From the NCBI RefSeq assembly GCF_006345805.1, contig NC_042998.1:39804001-39868000 (forward strand): a DNA stretch of 64,000 nt. Reading direction: 5' to 3'. The translations under genes were made by a program, and so were the position numbers. Positions 48,301 through 60,654 of this stretch are shown one piece after another. A model generated the notes under the pieces. It was not told where the DNA came from. It ran no database searches and saw only the letters and a program-made list of their open reading frames with translations. The DNA comes from Octopus sinensis (Eukaryota). How positions within the stretch are numbered: the first letter of the stretch is position 1; each line of letters opens with the position of its first letter.

Positions 48301-51300
48301 GTTGCAAATTTATTTTTTTTTATCATTAAAGAGTGTAAAAAAATCAGATTCCAGTGAATTGAACCTATAACTCAGTTGTAATCATCATCAATTTAGCATT
48401 CACATTTCCATGCTCACATGGGTCAGACAGAATTTGTCAAGGCAGATTTTCTATAGCCAGATGTGCTTTCTTTTATCAACCCTTACCTGCTTCCAAGTAA
48501 GGTAATATTTTCCCCATGGCTGGACAAGTTTTCATGGAACATTGGATATGAAGGATGCTGTTTGCATGATAGCGACACTCATTTTACTAGTCACATGATG
48601 TCAAGACAGAGACACCAACTCTCTCTCTCTCTCAAACACACACACATACGTGTGTGTGTGTGTGTGTTATATTTGGGGATGGTCATATTTTGCCAATTAA
48701 ACACACACACACACTATATGCTTGGTTTTCATTTAGAAAAAAATAATAATAACAATAAAGCTGAAGTGAAGACCAAGCATATAGTATATATGTTGAATTT
48801 GCAAAATATGACCACCCCAAATATAACAATATCTGTTTCAACACACAATTTCACATCAGGAATCTTGCAAGAAAAATACATAAATGCATGTGTGTGTCGT
48901 CATCATTATTTAACATTTGTTGTCCATTTGATGATGATGATTGATGACACATATATATTTTTCACCTTTATGATATCACATTGTGCATGGATGTTTATAT
49001 TAATTTTTATATACACATTAGCAATCTGCTAAATCATCCATAAATCTTCATGGTAAATACATATATGCTGACAGAGGATTAAGCCCAGAATCAGCCGAAC
49101 AAGTGGTCCTTACTGAAGATAAGGAATTCTCCAGTCGGTGCTTTGGGCGATTGTAGCCCCTGTGAGCATATACATATACATTTATGTGCTTTTCCTACAG
49201 AATTTAGGCATTTCAGCTCTTATTTCTAGCAATGTAGGTGTCTTGACACCCTTAGTCACATTTGGTGATAATTATATTTTTCCTTTATGGTATCACATTG
49301 TGCCTAGCTGTCAATATTAATTTTTATATATTTGTGTGTGTGTGACAGGCTTCTTTCAGTTTCTATCTACTAAATTCACTCAGAGTGCCTTAGTTGGCCT
49401 GAGGCTATAGTAGAAGGCACTTGTTCAAAGTGCCAAGCAGTGGGACTGAACCCAGAACCAAGTGGTAGGGAAACAAGCTTCTTGACCACACAGCCATACC
49501 AACACCTAACCAATATAATCTTATTCTCCTTAAAGTAAAACCTTACTCTAAAGATGTGTGGTCCTAACAGTTCGAGTGTTGGGCGCACAATCATTAGATC
49601 GTAGGTTTCATTCTTGGACCAGACAGCACGTTATGTCTTTGAGTAAGGGACTTCATTTCATCTTGCTTCATTACACACAGCTGAAAATGAGTACCAGCAG
49701 CACCTGAGGGTTAACCCTATGATGGACTGGCATGAAATTCAATTGTCTTGTACTCTCAGCTTAAACATCTTGAAAATCTAGATAAACTCCAGCCTCATGA
49801 GCCTATAGGCTCAATGCAGCCTTCTTCTAACCCTTATCATTCAGATTTCTCAGTCAAATGTAACACTTATTTATTCACATTGATATAAACTAGCCATGCA
49901 TTACTTTATAGCTTTGTGGCTTCAATAACATGATTGTTTATCTTTAGAATAATATTGCAGGGCAAGTGTGATCTGGCCAATTTGAAGATAAAACAAGTAG
50001 ATTATTTTGGCCAGATATGGATGGTTTAAATGGTTAGAAGTTTTCTAAATTATTCAAACTTTAGTATATAAAAAAAAGGCACTATATATTTCTTGTGGAG
50101 GAGGGAAATGATAACTAAAATAAAGAAACCTTACAATTTGGAATGAACACTATTAATTATAATTATAATTATAATTTTAAAATCTGTTTTTAAAAGTGGT
50201 TGCTAGTTGAACATGTTTCATTTCATATACATCACTAATGCTCATACGATAAATAACATTTCTGTACCTATTAATTAACCTCAAAAAACTCCATTGAGAG
50301 ATATTCTTGATTATGAATTAGTCATGTATTACCATGTAGCTTTGAGATTTCAATGGTGTGATTGTTTATCTTTAGAACAATGTTGTAGGATAAGTGTGAC
50401 AGGCCGAATCTTATTACAAAACAGGTGTGGTTGTGTAGTAAGAAGCTTACTTCCCAACAACATGGTTCTGGGTTCAATCCTACTGCATGGCTTCTTGGGC
50501 CAACCAAAGCTTTGTTAGTGGATTTGGTAGACGGAAACTGAAAGAAGCCCATCATGTGTGTGTATTTATGTGTCTGTGTTTGTCTCCACTACCGCTTGAC
50601 AACTAGAGTTGGCGTGTTTATGTCCCTGTAACTTAGCAGTTCAGTAAGAGACCAATAGAATGCCAGCCTTGATAAAAACAAAAGTACTGGGGTCAATTTA
50701 TTTGACTACAAAATTCTTCAAGGCAGTGTCCCATCATGGCCACAGTCTAATAATTGAAACAAAAGATAGAAGATCTATGCCAGTTGCATAAAATGACAAC
50801 TGGTTATTCCTTAATAAAATAATTATTGATTAATTTTTTTACTAATCAATGAAGTGATTGGCACTCTTTATTTATTATAACACAGCAATACATTAAAACA
50901 GGCAATATTATCACAGTGGCAAGCCCAAGTGAGACCATAAACTCATGGCCTATGCCAGGGTGTAACCAGCCCACTTATGCGTACCTTTCCTTCGTTGGAC
51001 ACTAAACTCTGCTTGTGAAGACCTGTTGAGGCAAGTGAAATCAAAATCAAATCAAATTTGATGACTGGCATCCATGCTAGTGGAGCGCTAAGAGTACCAT
51101 ACGAACATGATCATTGCCAGAGCAACAAACTGGCCTCTGTGCTGGTGGCACATAAAAAGCACCATTTTAGCGTGATTGTTACCTGCGTCACCTTACTGGC
51201 ACTTGTGCTGGTGGCACGTGAAAAAACATTCGAGCGAGGTCTTTGCCAGTGCCGCTGGGCTGGCTCCTGTGCAGGTGGCACATAAAAAGCACCATTTGAG

Positions 51301-54300
51301 CGTGGCCATTGCCAGTACCGCCTGACTGGCATGTAAAAGCATCCACTACACTCTCGGAGTGGTTGGCATTAGGAAGGGCATCCAACTGTAGAAATTCTGC
51401 CAGATCAGATTGGAGTCTGGTGCAGCCATCTGGTTCGCCAGACCTCAGTCAAATCATCCAACCCATGCTAGCATGGAAAGCGGATGTTAAACGATGATGA
51501 TGAAACAATATATTGATTTCTTAACTACCCACAAGGGGCTAAACACAGAGGGAACAAACGAGGACAGACAAAGGGATTAAGTCGATTACATCGACCCCAG
51601 TACGCAACTGGTACTTAATTTATCGACCCCGAAAGGATGAAAGGCAAAGTCGACCTCGGCGGAATTTGAACTCGGAACGTAACGACAGACAAAATACGGC
51701 TACGCATTTCGCCCGGCGTGCTAACGTTTCTGCCAGCTTGCCGCCTTTTAATATATTTATTACCCAAGCACTCAAGTATTGCAAAAGCTTGCAGACCTGC
51801 ACAAGTGAGGCTAATGTACAGTAAGATCAAATTTTCTGAATTTAGAAACATCAAAAGTACATGGTAGGTAAAAGAAAGAACACAGAAAATACTTTACCAT
51901 TCGTAACTGAAGATTTTGAAGACGTTGCGATCTTTCCTTACGCTTCCGAGCTGCCTCTTGTTCTTCAGCAGTAGGTGCAGGCTTTTTCTATAATAAAAAA
52001 AAAAGCAGGAGGTAATTATATCATCATTATGACCACCATTACAATCTAATCAGTTTTAATGCCCAATTAACACTATTTGTAAATAGTGTTAATGAGGAAG
52101 GTACACGGCTGCTTGAGTTCTATGATGCAAATGATCTTTCAATCTGCAACACTAACTTTAGAAAGCCAACCAGCCACCTATTTGCTTATCAATCTGGTGG
52201 GAATATAAGCCAGGTTGATTACCTCCTCACCAGGCAAGGAGTCAGACAGATGCTCACAAATGCGAAGTCCTTCCCAGGTGAGTGTACATCCCAACATAGG
52301 CCACTAGTTAGTGACTTCAGAATTAGGGCTAGAGAGACTCAAAAACATATCTACATTGGAAAAGATTATGGAAGCTCAAAATTTAGAGACATTATACTTG
52401 AGGCCTCTGATGATAGAAAGGAGGAGGAGGAGGAAGGACATGCAGCTTAGCGGACAACTGGAAGTTCCTGCAGGACAATTTACTGGGTGCTGCTGACCAA
52501 ATCTGTGGTTAGTACAAAGTCCCGTCAGGCCGAGGGTGACTTGGTGATGGAACAAAGAGGTGGACAGTGCTATAAAAGCAGAGACAGGCCAGCAAAGACT
52601 GGGAAAACAGTGGAAGCAAAGTATTATATCAGGGAGCCAGAAGGGAGGCTAGGCAACTGATTTACATAGCAAAAGGAACAGCAGAAGGCAAGAAGTTGGC
52701 CAATGCTATGCAGCATGAGGATCAGAGGCATGTGGTGTTCAGGATTGCAAAGCAGTGTATCAGAGAAAATAGAGATGTGTTAGGTGAGAAATGTGTGTTA
52801 CTGGGTAATGGTATGTTTGCACATAGTGACTCAGAGAAGAAAGATACGTGGAGATGCCATTATGAAAGGTTGTTAAATGTGGAGAATGATTGGGGGAAGG
52901 AGATTTTTTTCAAATATTGAACCAATTGAGGGACCTGCCATCAGAGTGGATAACAGTATAATAGATAAGGCAATTATCTATTATACTGTTATAAATGAAG
53001 ACTGGAAAAGCCCCTGGACCATCAGGTATCACTGCTGAGATAATTCAAATATCAGGTAGTGTGGGATACAGCCTAGTCACTTGCATAGTTAATCAGATTA
53101 TTCAGGAAGGTATCATTCCGAAAGACTGGTGTCGCAGTATTATAGTCAGCTGCTGTAAGGGTAAAGGTGATGCCTCAGACAGAAACAACTACAGAGGTAT
53201 CAAACTGCTGGATCAGGTTATGAAAATTACAGAGAGAGTGGTATCTCAACTAATTAGGGATAGAATTAAACTAGAGGAGATGCAGTTTGGTTTTGTTCCT
53301 GGGAGAAGTACCACAGATGTATTGTACTTAGCCTACACTGACTTAGAGAAAGCTTTCGAAAGGGTTCTCTGCTCTCTTATTTGGTCGTCTCTAAAGAAGT
53401 TAGGAGTAGAGGAGTGGCTTGTAAGAGCAGTTCAGGGCATGTACAGTGATGTTGTCAGTAAGGTGAGAGTTGGCCTTAAATACAGTGATGAATTTAATGA
53501 ACAAGCTGGAGTACACCAGGGATCGGTTCTTAGTCCAGTTTTATTCATCATAGTTCTCCAGGCCATTACAGATGAATTCAAAATTGGATGCCCATGGGAA
53601 CTACTATATGCTGATGATCCTGCTCTTATTGAAGAATCTGAAGCAGAACTGGAAAAGTTTCGGATTTGGAAGCAAAACCTGGAATCAAAGGGCCTTAAAG
53701 TTAACAGAAATTGTCGAATAGTTTCAGGTTTGATAAAGCCAATGACCTCTCGCAGTTACCACACTCAGTGAAAATTGCATCTCAACTGAGGTTTCACTTC
53801 AGAACCAGAAAATGCTTCTGTCCCCAAATAGTTCGACACATAATTAACGAATATATTTTGTACTAGAGAGCTGCTCACACGTCTAAGCAAATATGCAAGG
53901 CTTTTTTTTCTTCAAGTTTAAAATGAGACATTGCTGGCATAATTTCGTTATACCTATACTCCACAACCCACGGAAATACTCGAGGTGAAATGTCTCAACC
54001 TTGTCGAGCTAAATCGAAGGAATGCCCAATTCTGAATCACTTGAAAACGAAGCACCTTAACTTAATAAACAAAACAACAATCACCAAAACAGTCTAACCA
54101 CTTCCTCTCTGCTAAAGTGTATCCCTTAATTAATTCTCGTACTATGATTAAAGGGTGTAACGATATGATAATCAACTAAATAAATGGCCGTCTTCGTAAT
54201 TAATTATTCTTCACTCGTTCATTTCTCCACAGCATCATCATCAATCAAACTTCATCGTTACTTTCAACTTAACCTGTTACAAGGGTCTAAACTCAGTGTA

Positions 54301-54693
54301 CTTACCAGCCTTCCCTACACTAAATACCTAGCACAGTTTCTCCACTCCAAAATCCTCCCAATATACCTTGTACTCCAATTCTAAAAGCACTGTTCCCCAT
54401 TACACACTATTCAATATACAAAAGATACACAGGCTCAGAATCGCCGATATGTAATATATTTTTATGCAAAATATAAGAAAATAAACCAAATATTAGAAAT
54501 AATGATGTTAATGGCCAGTGCATGTCAAGTGTTGTTATTGATCTATCACTTAGAATGTCAAGGATCACAAATAACTAATATTGAAAACGTCGTTGGAGAT
54601 AAGCTAACGATAAAGACAATATAACTAGATACTATATATATAAACAAAATAGTGATGCATACTTACGGTAGCTAATGACCGAGGTTTAAACAT
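40488..54693 (-). CDS. SYF2: Pre-mRNA-splicing factor SYF2 (NTC component), 7 exons, 238 aa: complement join(54667-54693,51898-51987,47501-47626,44630-44747,43062-43152,41756-41854,40488-40653)
   Basis: 717 nt, phases consistent, all GT-AG. Motifs [78 protein letters not shown]...[36 protein letters not shown]. Exon 1 is inferred from ATG, donor and phase only. Confidence 0.95.
41002..41211. mobile_element. piggyBac-type MITE (about 210 bp); related copies about 47265-47485 and 49830-50035
   Basis: TTAA|CTCTTTAGCATT ... AATGCTAAAGGG|TTAA: TTAA flanks and CCC-type termini. Confidence 0.75.
41756..41854 (-). CDS. SYF2: SYF2 exon 6
   Basis: [11 protein letters not shown]...DRMVNDLEK; aAG acceptor, GTAAG donor. 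Confidence 0.93.
43062..43152 (-). CDS. SYF2: SYF2 exon 5
   Basis: [29 protein letters not shown]. Confidence 0.95.
44017..44432. repeat. About 140-bp diverged direct repeat (44017-44156, 44296-44432)
   Basis: Shared ATGGGTTATTTCCCTT start and about 40-bp identical block ATTTTTCAACAATCTAAGTATGTCACAAGGTTTCCAGACAT. Confidence 0.85.
44630..44747 (-). CDS. SYF2: SYF2 exon 4
   Basis: [39 protein letters not shown]. Confidence 0.95.
45086..45499. repeat. Long imperfect palindrome (arms 45086-45206 and 45376-45499, inner arms 45266-45286 and 45301-45321)
   Basis: Left arm reverse complement aligns to the right arm at high identity; (TAT)n faces (AAT)n. Confidence 0.92.
45405..45450 (+). ncRNA. 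Minimal type-I hammerhead ribozyme motif (C3-G8 core)
   Basis: GACAC-CTGATGA-A-GGCTG GAGAGTATAT CAGCC-GAAAC GTT-GTGTT. Confidence 0.65.
45905..46700 (+). mobile_element. 5'-truncated RTE LINE (C-terminus + 3' UTR)
   Basis: [38 protein letters not shown], then RTE tail. Confidence 0.85.
47501..47626 (-). CDS. SYF2: SYF2 exon 3
   Basis: [42 protein letters not shown]. Confidence 0.95.
51520..51750 (-). mobile_element. tRNA-derived SINE, family C, CpG-rich and probably young (copies about 60050-60285(-), 59365-59800(+, interrupted by an RTE tail), 21480-21830(-), 44815-44930(-))
   Basis: GGCAGAAACGTTAGCACGCCGGGCGAAATGC...GAGTTC...AAATTCCGCCGAGGTCGACTTTGCCTTTCATCCTTTCGGGGTCGATAAAT shared between copies. 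Confidence 0.8.
51898..51987 (-). CDS. SYF2: SYF2 exon 2
   Basis: [30 protein letters not shown]; tAG acceptor, GTAAAG donor. Confidence 0.88.
52080..53705 (+). mobile_element. Decayed RTE LINE internal fragment (APE C-terminus to RT YADD) in SYF2 intron 1
   Basis: [59 protein letters not shown]. Confidence 0.9.
54667..54693 (-). CDS. SYF2: SYF2 exon 1 (MFKPRSLAT), putative
   Basis: ATG at 54693, strong GTAAGT donor, phase 0 matches exon 2, ETS motif just upstream. Confidence 0.65.
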
Positions 54694-54742
54694 TTTGATA
54701 TTGTATAAACTATCCGAATATTTGATACTAAGCTTAAGCAAA

Positions 54743-54751
54743 ACCGGAAGT
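54743..54751. promoter_or_regulatory. ETS-type motif ACCGGAAGT in the SYF2 promoter
   Basis: 50 nt upstream of the putative ATG, in a CpG-retaining region. Confidence 0.45.
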
Positions 54752-54985
54752 TAGAAGAAAGGAAGGTCGCTTATAACGTCATGAAATTCAGAGACAATAT
54801 TAGAAGCGACGATATTCTATTGCATTAAATAGCAGGTCATTATTGATTAAAATTTAGTTTAAAATTAAGATGAATATAAGATGTTTATTATAATTTATAA
54901 AACCACTGAAATAAGTAAATTGTACATTCATTTAAAATATTAAAATCTTGTTTATAATGCTTATTGTAAGCCATTGACCTTGTGA

Positions 54986-55056
54986 GCATCGGTGGTTCAG
55001 TGGTAGAATGCTCGCCTGCCACGCGGGCGGCCCGGGTTCGATTCCCGGCCGATGCA
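54986..55056 (+). tRNA. tRNA-Gly-GCC: tRNA-Gly (GCC)
   Basis: 71-nt GCATCGGTGGTTCAGTGGTAGAATGCTCGCCTGCCACGCGGGCGGCCCGGGTTCGATTCCCGGCCGATGCA: complete cloverleaf, A and B boxes, anticodon GCC. Confidence 0.97.
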
Positions 55057-55064
55057 CAGATTTC

Positions 55065-55071
55065 TTTTTTT
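55065..55071 (+). terminator. Pol III terminator (T7)
   Basis: T-run 9 nt after the tRNA 3' end. Confidence 0.8.
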
Positions 55072-56639
55072 ATTTTTAAATTTTCTTATGCAATTTGGTT
55101 AAATTTTTACGTGTGCAACTCAGAACTACTTTCAGTGACAAAAAATCAATTTCTAGTAATGATTTATCAATCAAGTGGTCGATTTCAGTTGCTTTTAAGC
55201 ATTCTTCACCAATGGGAGTTGATCAATAAATTAGCAATCGGCCTATTGATTTTATCTATACCATAAAATGTAATAACATGGTATTTGTAGGAAAAGAGGT
55301 GGATAGTGCTAAATCAAGTCAGTCTTTGCTTTCCTTAACAGATAACTCCTGTAACTCTTACCTATTAGAGTGATTGCAATTTGATTCAAATGTTGAAGCA
55401 AAGTATCAGATAGCTTATCAGCTAAGTACAGTGCAGGTTATACATCTCTGCAGTGTGAGAAAAATTAATTGTAAAGTTGTGTTTCATATAAAGCCAACAA
55501 TAAGGAAATTGATTTTTAAAAAGTTGTGAAATTAAAAGAAAAATTGAATGGTATAATTGTAGCTCCACCTATTCTCCTCCCTCTCCATAATCACCACAAT
55601 ATGCTTGACAGTTGATCAAATGTAATATCTCACCTTCTTAATTTCAGAACACTTGGGATCCATCACAAGTCACTCTAGTCTCAATAATGGTCTGAGCATT
55701 TATTACTATCTTTTATTTGTTTTAGTCATTGGACTGCAGCTATGATGGGGTACCATCTTGAAGGGTTTAGTTGAACAAATTGGCCCCAGTACTTACTTTT
55801 TAAAATCTGGTACCTATATTTTGCTACCTAAGTCTATCAGTCTCTTTTGCCAAACTGCTAGATTACCAAATATCCTGTAATCTAGCAGTGTTTCTGGACT
55901 AACATAAAGACTCACACACATTGTCTAACCCATGCCAGCACGGAAAATGGACTTCAAATGGTGGTGGTGGTGGTATATGATGGGCTTCCATACAACTTCT
56001 GTCTACCAAATTTACTCATATATCATTGGTCAGCCTGGAGTTATAGTGAAAGACACTTGCCCAAGGTGCAGCACAGTTGGACTGAATTTGAAACCATGTG
56101 ATTGCAAAGTAAATTTCTTAACCACATAGCCATGCCAGAAACATTTTCAACATGACTTTTTAAAGGAGAAAATAAGTTACACGTATAGAATATCACAAGT
56201 GCTCATAGAAACCAGATACCTAATTTTGATTCTTGTAGCAATAAGTAGATAAGAAGCTAAATCTCATATTTGGTGAAAAACTAGTCTAATGCAGATAATT
56301 TTACTGGTAAAGGTCTGTGTTCAGTGCCTCTATTTAGATAAAATGCAAAGTATAGAATTTAAGTGTCCTGCCCAGATGTGAACGCAATTTATAAGTGGGT
56401 AACCCATTATATCAATTACTGAATCATTTTATCACTTCTTTCATTGACTGTAGTACATATTGAAGAAAGGAACAGGATCTTTTTTTATGTTTAACCTCAG
56501 TTAGCTCTGCTTAGACTTATGGCCAGTCGAATATCTTGTTATGGCTTATCATCAAAAGGATTAATTGGATCATTATGTCTGGAGAGGAGTTTATAAGCTG
56601 GACACTAGAGTACAAGTGGTTCAAACATTTCCAAGACCA

Positions 56640-58309
56640 CTGACAAAATGTCAATAGCGGCACATGTTCTGGGAAACCCACAACCAAAAGAACTGAGGAA
56701 AACACTGCAGATGTGCATGCAGCTATTTGGAAAGACCATCAAATCAGTGTGTAGGTGTTGTAGGAGGATGTGGTCATTAGTTACAGCTCAGTTTGGTCCA
56801 ATCTCGCTGAAAATTTGGGTGTGAGATATGTTTGATGGAACTGTGTCCCATTCGGTTGAACTTGCTGCAAAAATCTGTCATACCAAACATTCAAGGACTT
56901 TGAACATGTGGAGTTTTATTTCTAGCAAGATGGGGCAACTCCCATACTACCATAGTAATGTAAGGGCCTACCTTGATAAGATTTTGCCAAACAAGTGAAC
57001 TGGATGAAGAGGATCAGTAGATTACTTTTCACATTCACTTGATTTCAAACCACTAGACACTTTTATGGAGATACTTAAGTTTATAGTACAAAACCACCAA
57101 CTGTCAACAAACTGAGGGAAGCCATAGAATGAGAATGCATGCAAATACCAAACAAACATTTTTTGATGTTTGTGAGTCCATTGCTCTGCATTATCAGTAG
57201 TGCCTGGACCAAAACAGTCATCAGTTTGAAAGTAGGAGGTTAGTTTGGGTTAGTCCACATTACTCCATAAGGAGCACAGGGCCAGTTTCCTCATTTCATC
57301 ATCATCATCATCATCGTTTAACGTCTGCTTTCCATGCTAGCATAGGTTGGACGATTTTGACTGAGGGCTGGAGAACCAGACGGCTGCACCAGGCTCCAAT
57401 CTTGATTTGGCAGAGTTTCTACAGCTGGATGCCCTTCCTAACACCAACCACTCTGAGAGTGTAATGGGTGCTTTTTATGTGCCACCAGCACGGGGCCAGT
57501 CAGGCGGTACTGGCATTGACCTCGCTCAAATCTTTTTACACATGCCACCAGCACAGGTGCCAGTAAGGCAACGTTGGTAACAATCACGCTCGAATGGTGC
57601 CCTTTTTACGTGCCAGTTGGCTGTTCTGGCAACGATCACGCTCGGATGGTGCTCTTGGCACCCTACTAGCACAGACACAAGTGCCAGTAAGGTGACGCTG
57701 GTAACAATCACACTTGAATGGTGCCCTTTTTATGTGCCACTGGCACGGAAGCCGGTAATCGCTCTGTCAACACTCACCCTCGTATGGTGCTCTTTGCACC
57801 CCGCTAGCATGGATGCCAGTTGTCGAATTTGATTTTGGTTTTGATTTCACTTGCCTCAACAGGTCTTCGCAAGCAAAGTTTAGTGACCAGAGAAGGAAAA
57901 GGTACGTATAAGCAGGCTGGTTACGCTCCTGGCATAGGCCACAGGTTATGGTCTCATTTGGCTTGCCGGGTCTTCTCAGGCATATATATTCCACCCTGGA
58001 TGGGATGCTTGTCCATCACAAGATTACTCACTTTTACCAGCGGAGTGGAATGGAGCAATATGAAATTAAGCATTTTGCTCAAGAACACAATACATTGTCC
58101 AGTCTAGGGATCAAAACCATTAACTTACAACCATGAGACTAACACCCTAAACACTAAGCCATGTGCCTCCACTTGAAAACAGGAGTTCTTTAAAAAACAG
58201 GAAATTCTGCCTGTATATTCTCTTAAATTTTGAAAATGAAATGTATCTATATAAACACTAACTTTATAATCGTTCAAAGTGTGCATACATTTTTGGCAGG
58301 GTCACCCTG
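56640..58309 (+). mobile_element. Decayed Tc1/mariner (maT/DD37D-like) transposon with nested RTE tail (57295-57980) and SINE (about 57990-58170)
   Basis: QQDGATP...VRAYLD..LP.KW..R.GS....S.D..PLD...W remnants; right end ...GGCAGGGTCACCCTG followed by TA. Confidence 0.65.
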
Positions 58310-60454
58310 TATATTACATATAGCAAAACAGTTACATCTATGTAAATTTCTCTCAGTATTCAGCTAACTAAACAACCTGCTAGTTTTCCTAAAAGGAAAA
58401 TAGACATAGACAAAGTATCACAGCTCAGTTAACTAAACATGTCAGTATTTTCATGAAATCACCATGGCAGTTAATTGCTTTCAATGTAAATGTCAAGGAG
58501 ACAGAAGGCAGTTGGAGAGACATTGTTAATTTTATTAGTAAACAATATTAAGATTAATTCCCAGGATTTGATAAAAGTAATCTTAGTGTTCCATATAAAT
58601 TTATTAGATAAATATTTTGTTGTTGATAAAACTTGAACTTTCAATCATTTTTTTTTTTTTCGTATTTCTAATCAACAGATTTATATCCAGAAGCTAAAGA
58701 AAAGAGAGAAAAAACAAACACATAGCAGATTTATAAAGAGTGTGGTAGTTTGTCACCCTTAATATTTTCTTTGAGTTATATGTATTAGAGAAGAAAGTAT
58801 TTCAAAAGAAGTAAGCAGAAACGATGAGAAAGCAATACAGCTACCTCTGTAGGGAAATATATCGTTTTATAATTATTTGAAAATTGCTATCCGACTTATC
58901 TGTGTAAAACTGTGGCAAGTAATTAACCTTTATTAGACAAATGAATAAAAAAAATTTCTGAAAACACATTTTGTCTGAAAGCAATAGAATACAGGTAAAA
59001 CATATCAAAATGAAGTCTTTTTATTCTGAAGGAATTTTTATAAGGAAAAGAAACGTTATTGAAAAAAATTAATCTTTATTTCTATTATGATGCAAATCTA
59101 TTCAATTTCTTCTTTCAACAATCCCTTATATTTTCCCTCATTTATATACATTCTTTTATCCTTTTACTTGTTTCAGTCATGTGACTACAGTTAAGCTGGA
59201 GCACTGCCTTGAAGGGGTCTAGTCAAACAAATCAACACTAGGGCTTTTCTTTTTTTAAGCCTGGTTCTTATTTTATCAGTAACTTTTGCCAAACCGCTAA
59301 GTTACAGGAGTGCAAATACATCAACACCATTTGTCAAGCAGTAGAAGTGAGGACAAACAGGCAGCAAACTGGCAGAAACATTAGCATGCCAGGCAAAATG
59401 CTTAGCAGTATTTTGTCTGCTGCTACATTCATCATCATCATCATCGTTTAATGTCCGTTTTCTGTGCTAGCACAGGTTGGACGGTTCGACCCGGGGTCTG
59501 GGAAGCCAAGAGGCTGTACCAGGCTCCAGTCTGATCTAGCAGTGTTTCTACAGCTGGATACCCTTCCTAACGCCAACCACTCCATGAGTGTAGTGGGCGC
59601 TTTTTACGTGCCACCAGCACAGGTGCCAGGGGAGGCTGGCAGCGGCCAGATTCTGAGTTCAAACTTTCTGAGGTCAACTTTACCTTTTATCCTTTCGAAG
59701 TTGATTAAATAAGTACCAGTTACGCACTGGGGTCGATATAATCGACTTAATCCATTTGTCTGTCCTTGTTTGTCCCCTCTGCATATAGCCTCTTGTGGGC
59801 AGTAAAGAAATAAGAAGTGAGGACAAACACAGACACAAAAACACACATAGATACATACACATATATAAACACTTTGATCAGATCTGCTTTCAGTTTCCAT
59901 CTACCAAATTCACTCACAAGGCTTTGGTCAGCTCAAGGCTATAGTAGAAGACACTTGCCCAAGTTGCCATGCACTGGGATTGAACCCAGAACCATGTGGT
60001 TGGGAAGCAAGCTTCTTACTACACAACCACACCTGCACCTATGATATATATATTTCTTTACTACCCACGAGGGGCTAAATACAGAGGGGACAAACAAGGA
60101 TAGACAGAGGAATTAAGTCGATTACATCGACTCCAGTGCGAAACTGGTACTTTATTTATCGACCCTGAAAGGATGAAAGGCAAAGTCAACCTCGGCGGAA
60201 TTTGAACTCAAAACGTAACAACAGACGAAATACCGCTAAACATTTTGCCCGGCGTGTTAACGTTTCTGCCAGCTCGCCGCCTTCCTATGATATATATATG
60301 TATATGTGTTCATACAGATATTTTTATTTACACCTATAAATATTTATTGCAATACTAATCCATTGTATCAAACCAGCTTTCATTCATATTATGTGTGGAG
60401 TTCACAGTGTCAAATTATCCTCTACATTGACTATATAACATATGTATGATGCAT

Positions 60455-60479
60455 GTGTGTGTGTGTGTGTGTGTGTGTG

Positions 60480-60563
<84 letters not shown>

Positions 60564-60590
60564 GTTTGTGTGTGTGTATGTGTGTGTTGT
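60455..60590. repeat. (TG)n microsatellite
   Basis: Seen directly. Confidence 0.95.
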
Positions 60591-60654
60591 TTGTATGGGT
60601 ACAAATATAATATATATATATATCACTACCGGAACTAGAAAAGAAATTTTAGGT

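Noticed and set aside
48463-49032. 189-aa ORF in SYF2 intron 2
   Set aside because: Composite of repeat fragments and microsatellites, antisense to SYF2, with no recognisable domain.
52995-53771. 258-aa RT ORF as a domesticated or active gene
   Set aside because: Flanked by stops and frameshifts, has an internal deletion after STTD, and is truncated shortly after YADD; it is a decayed RTE.
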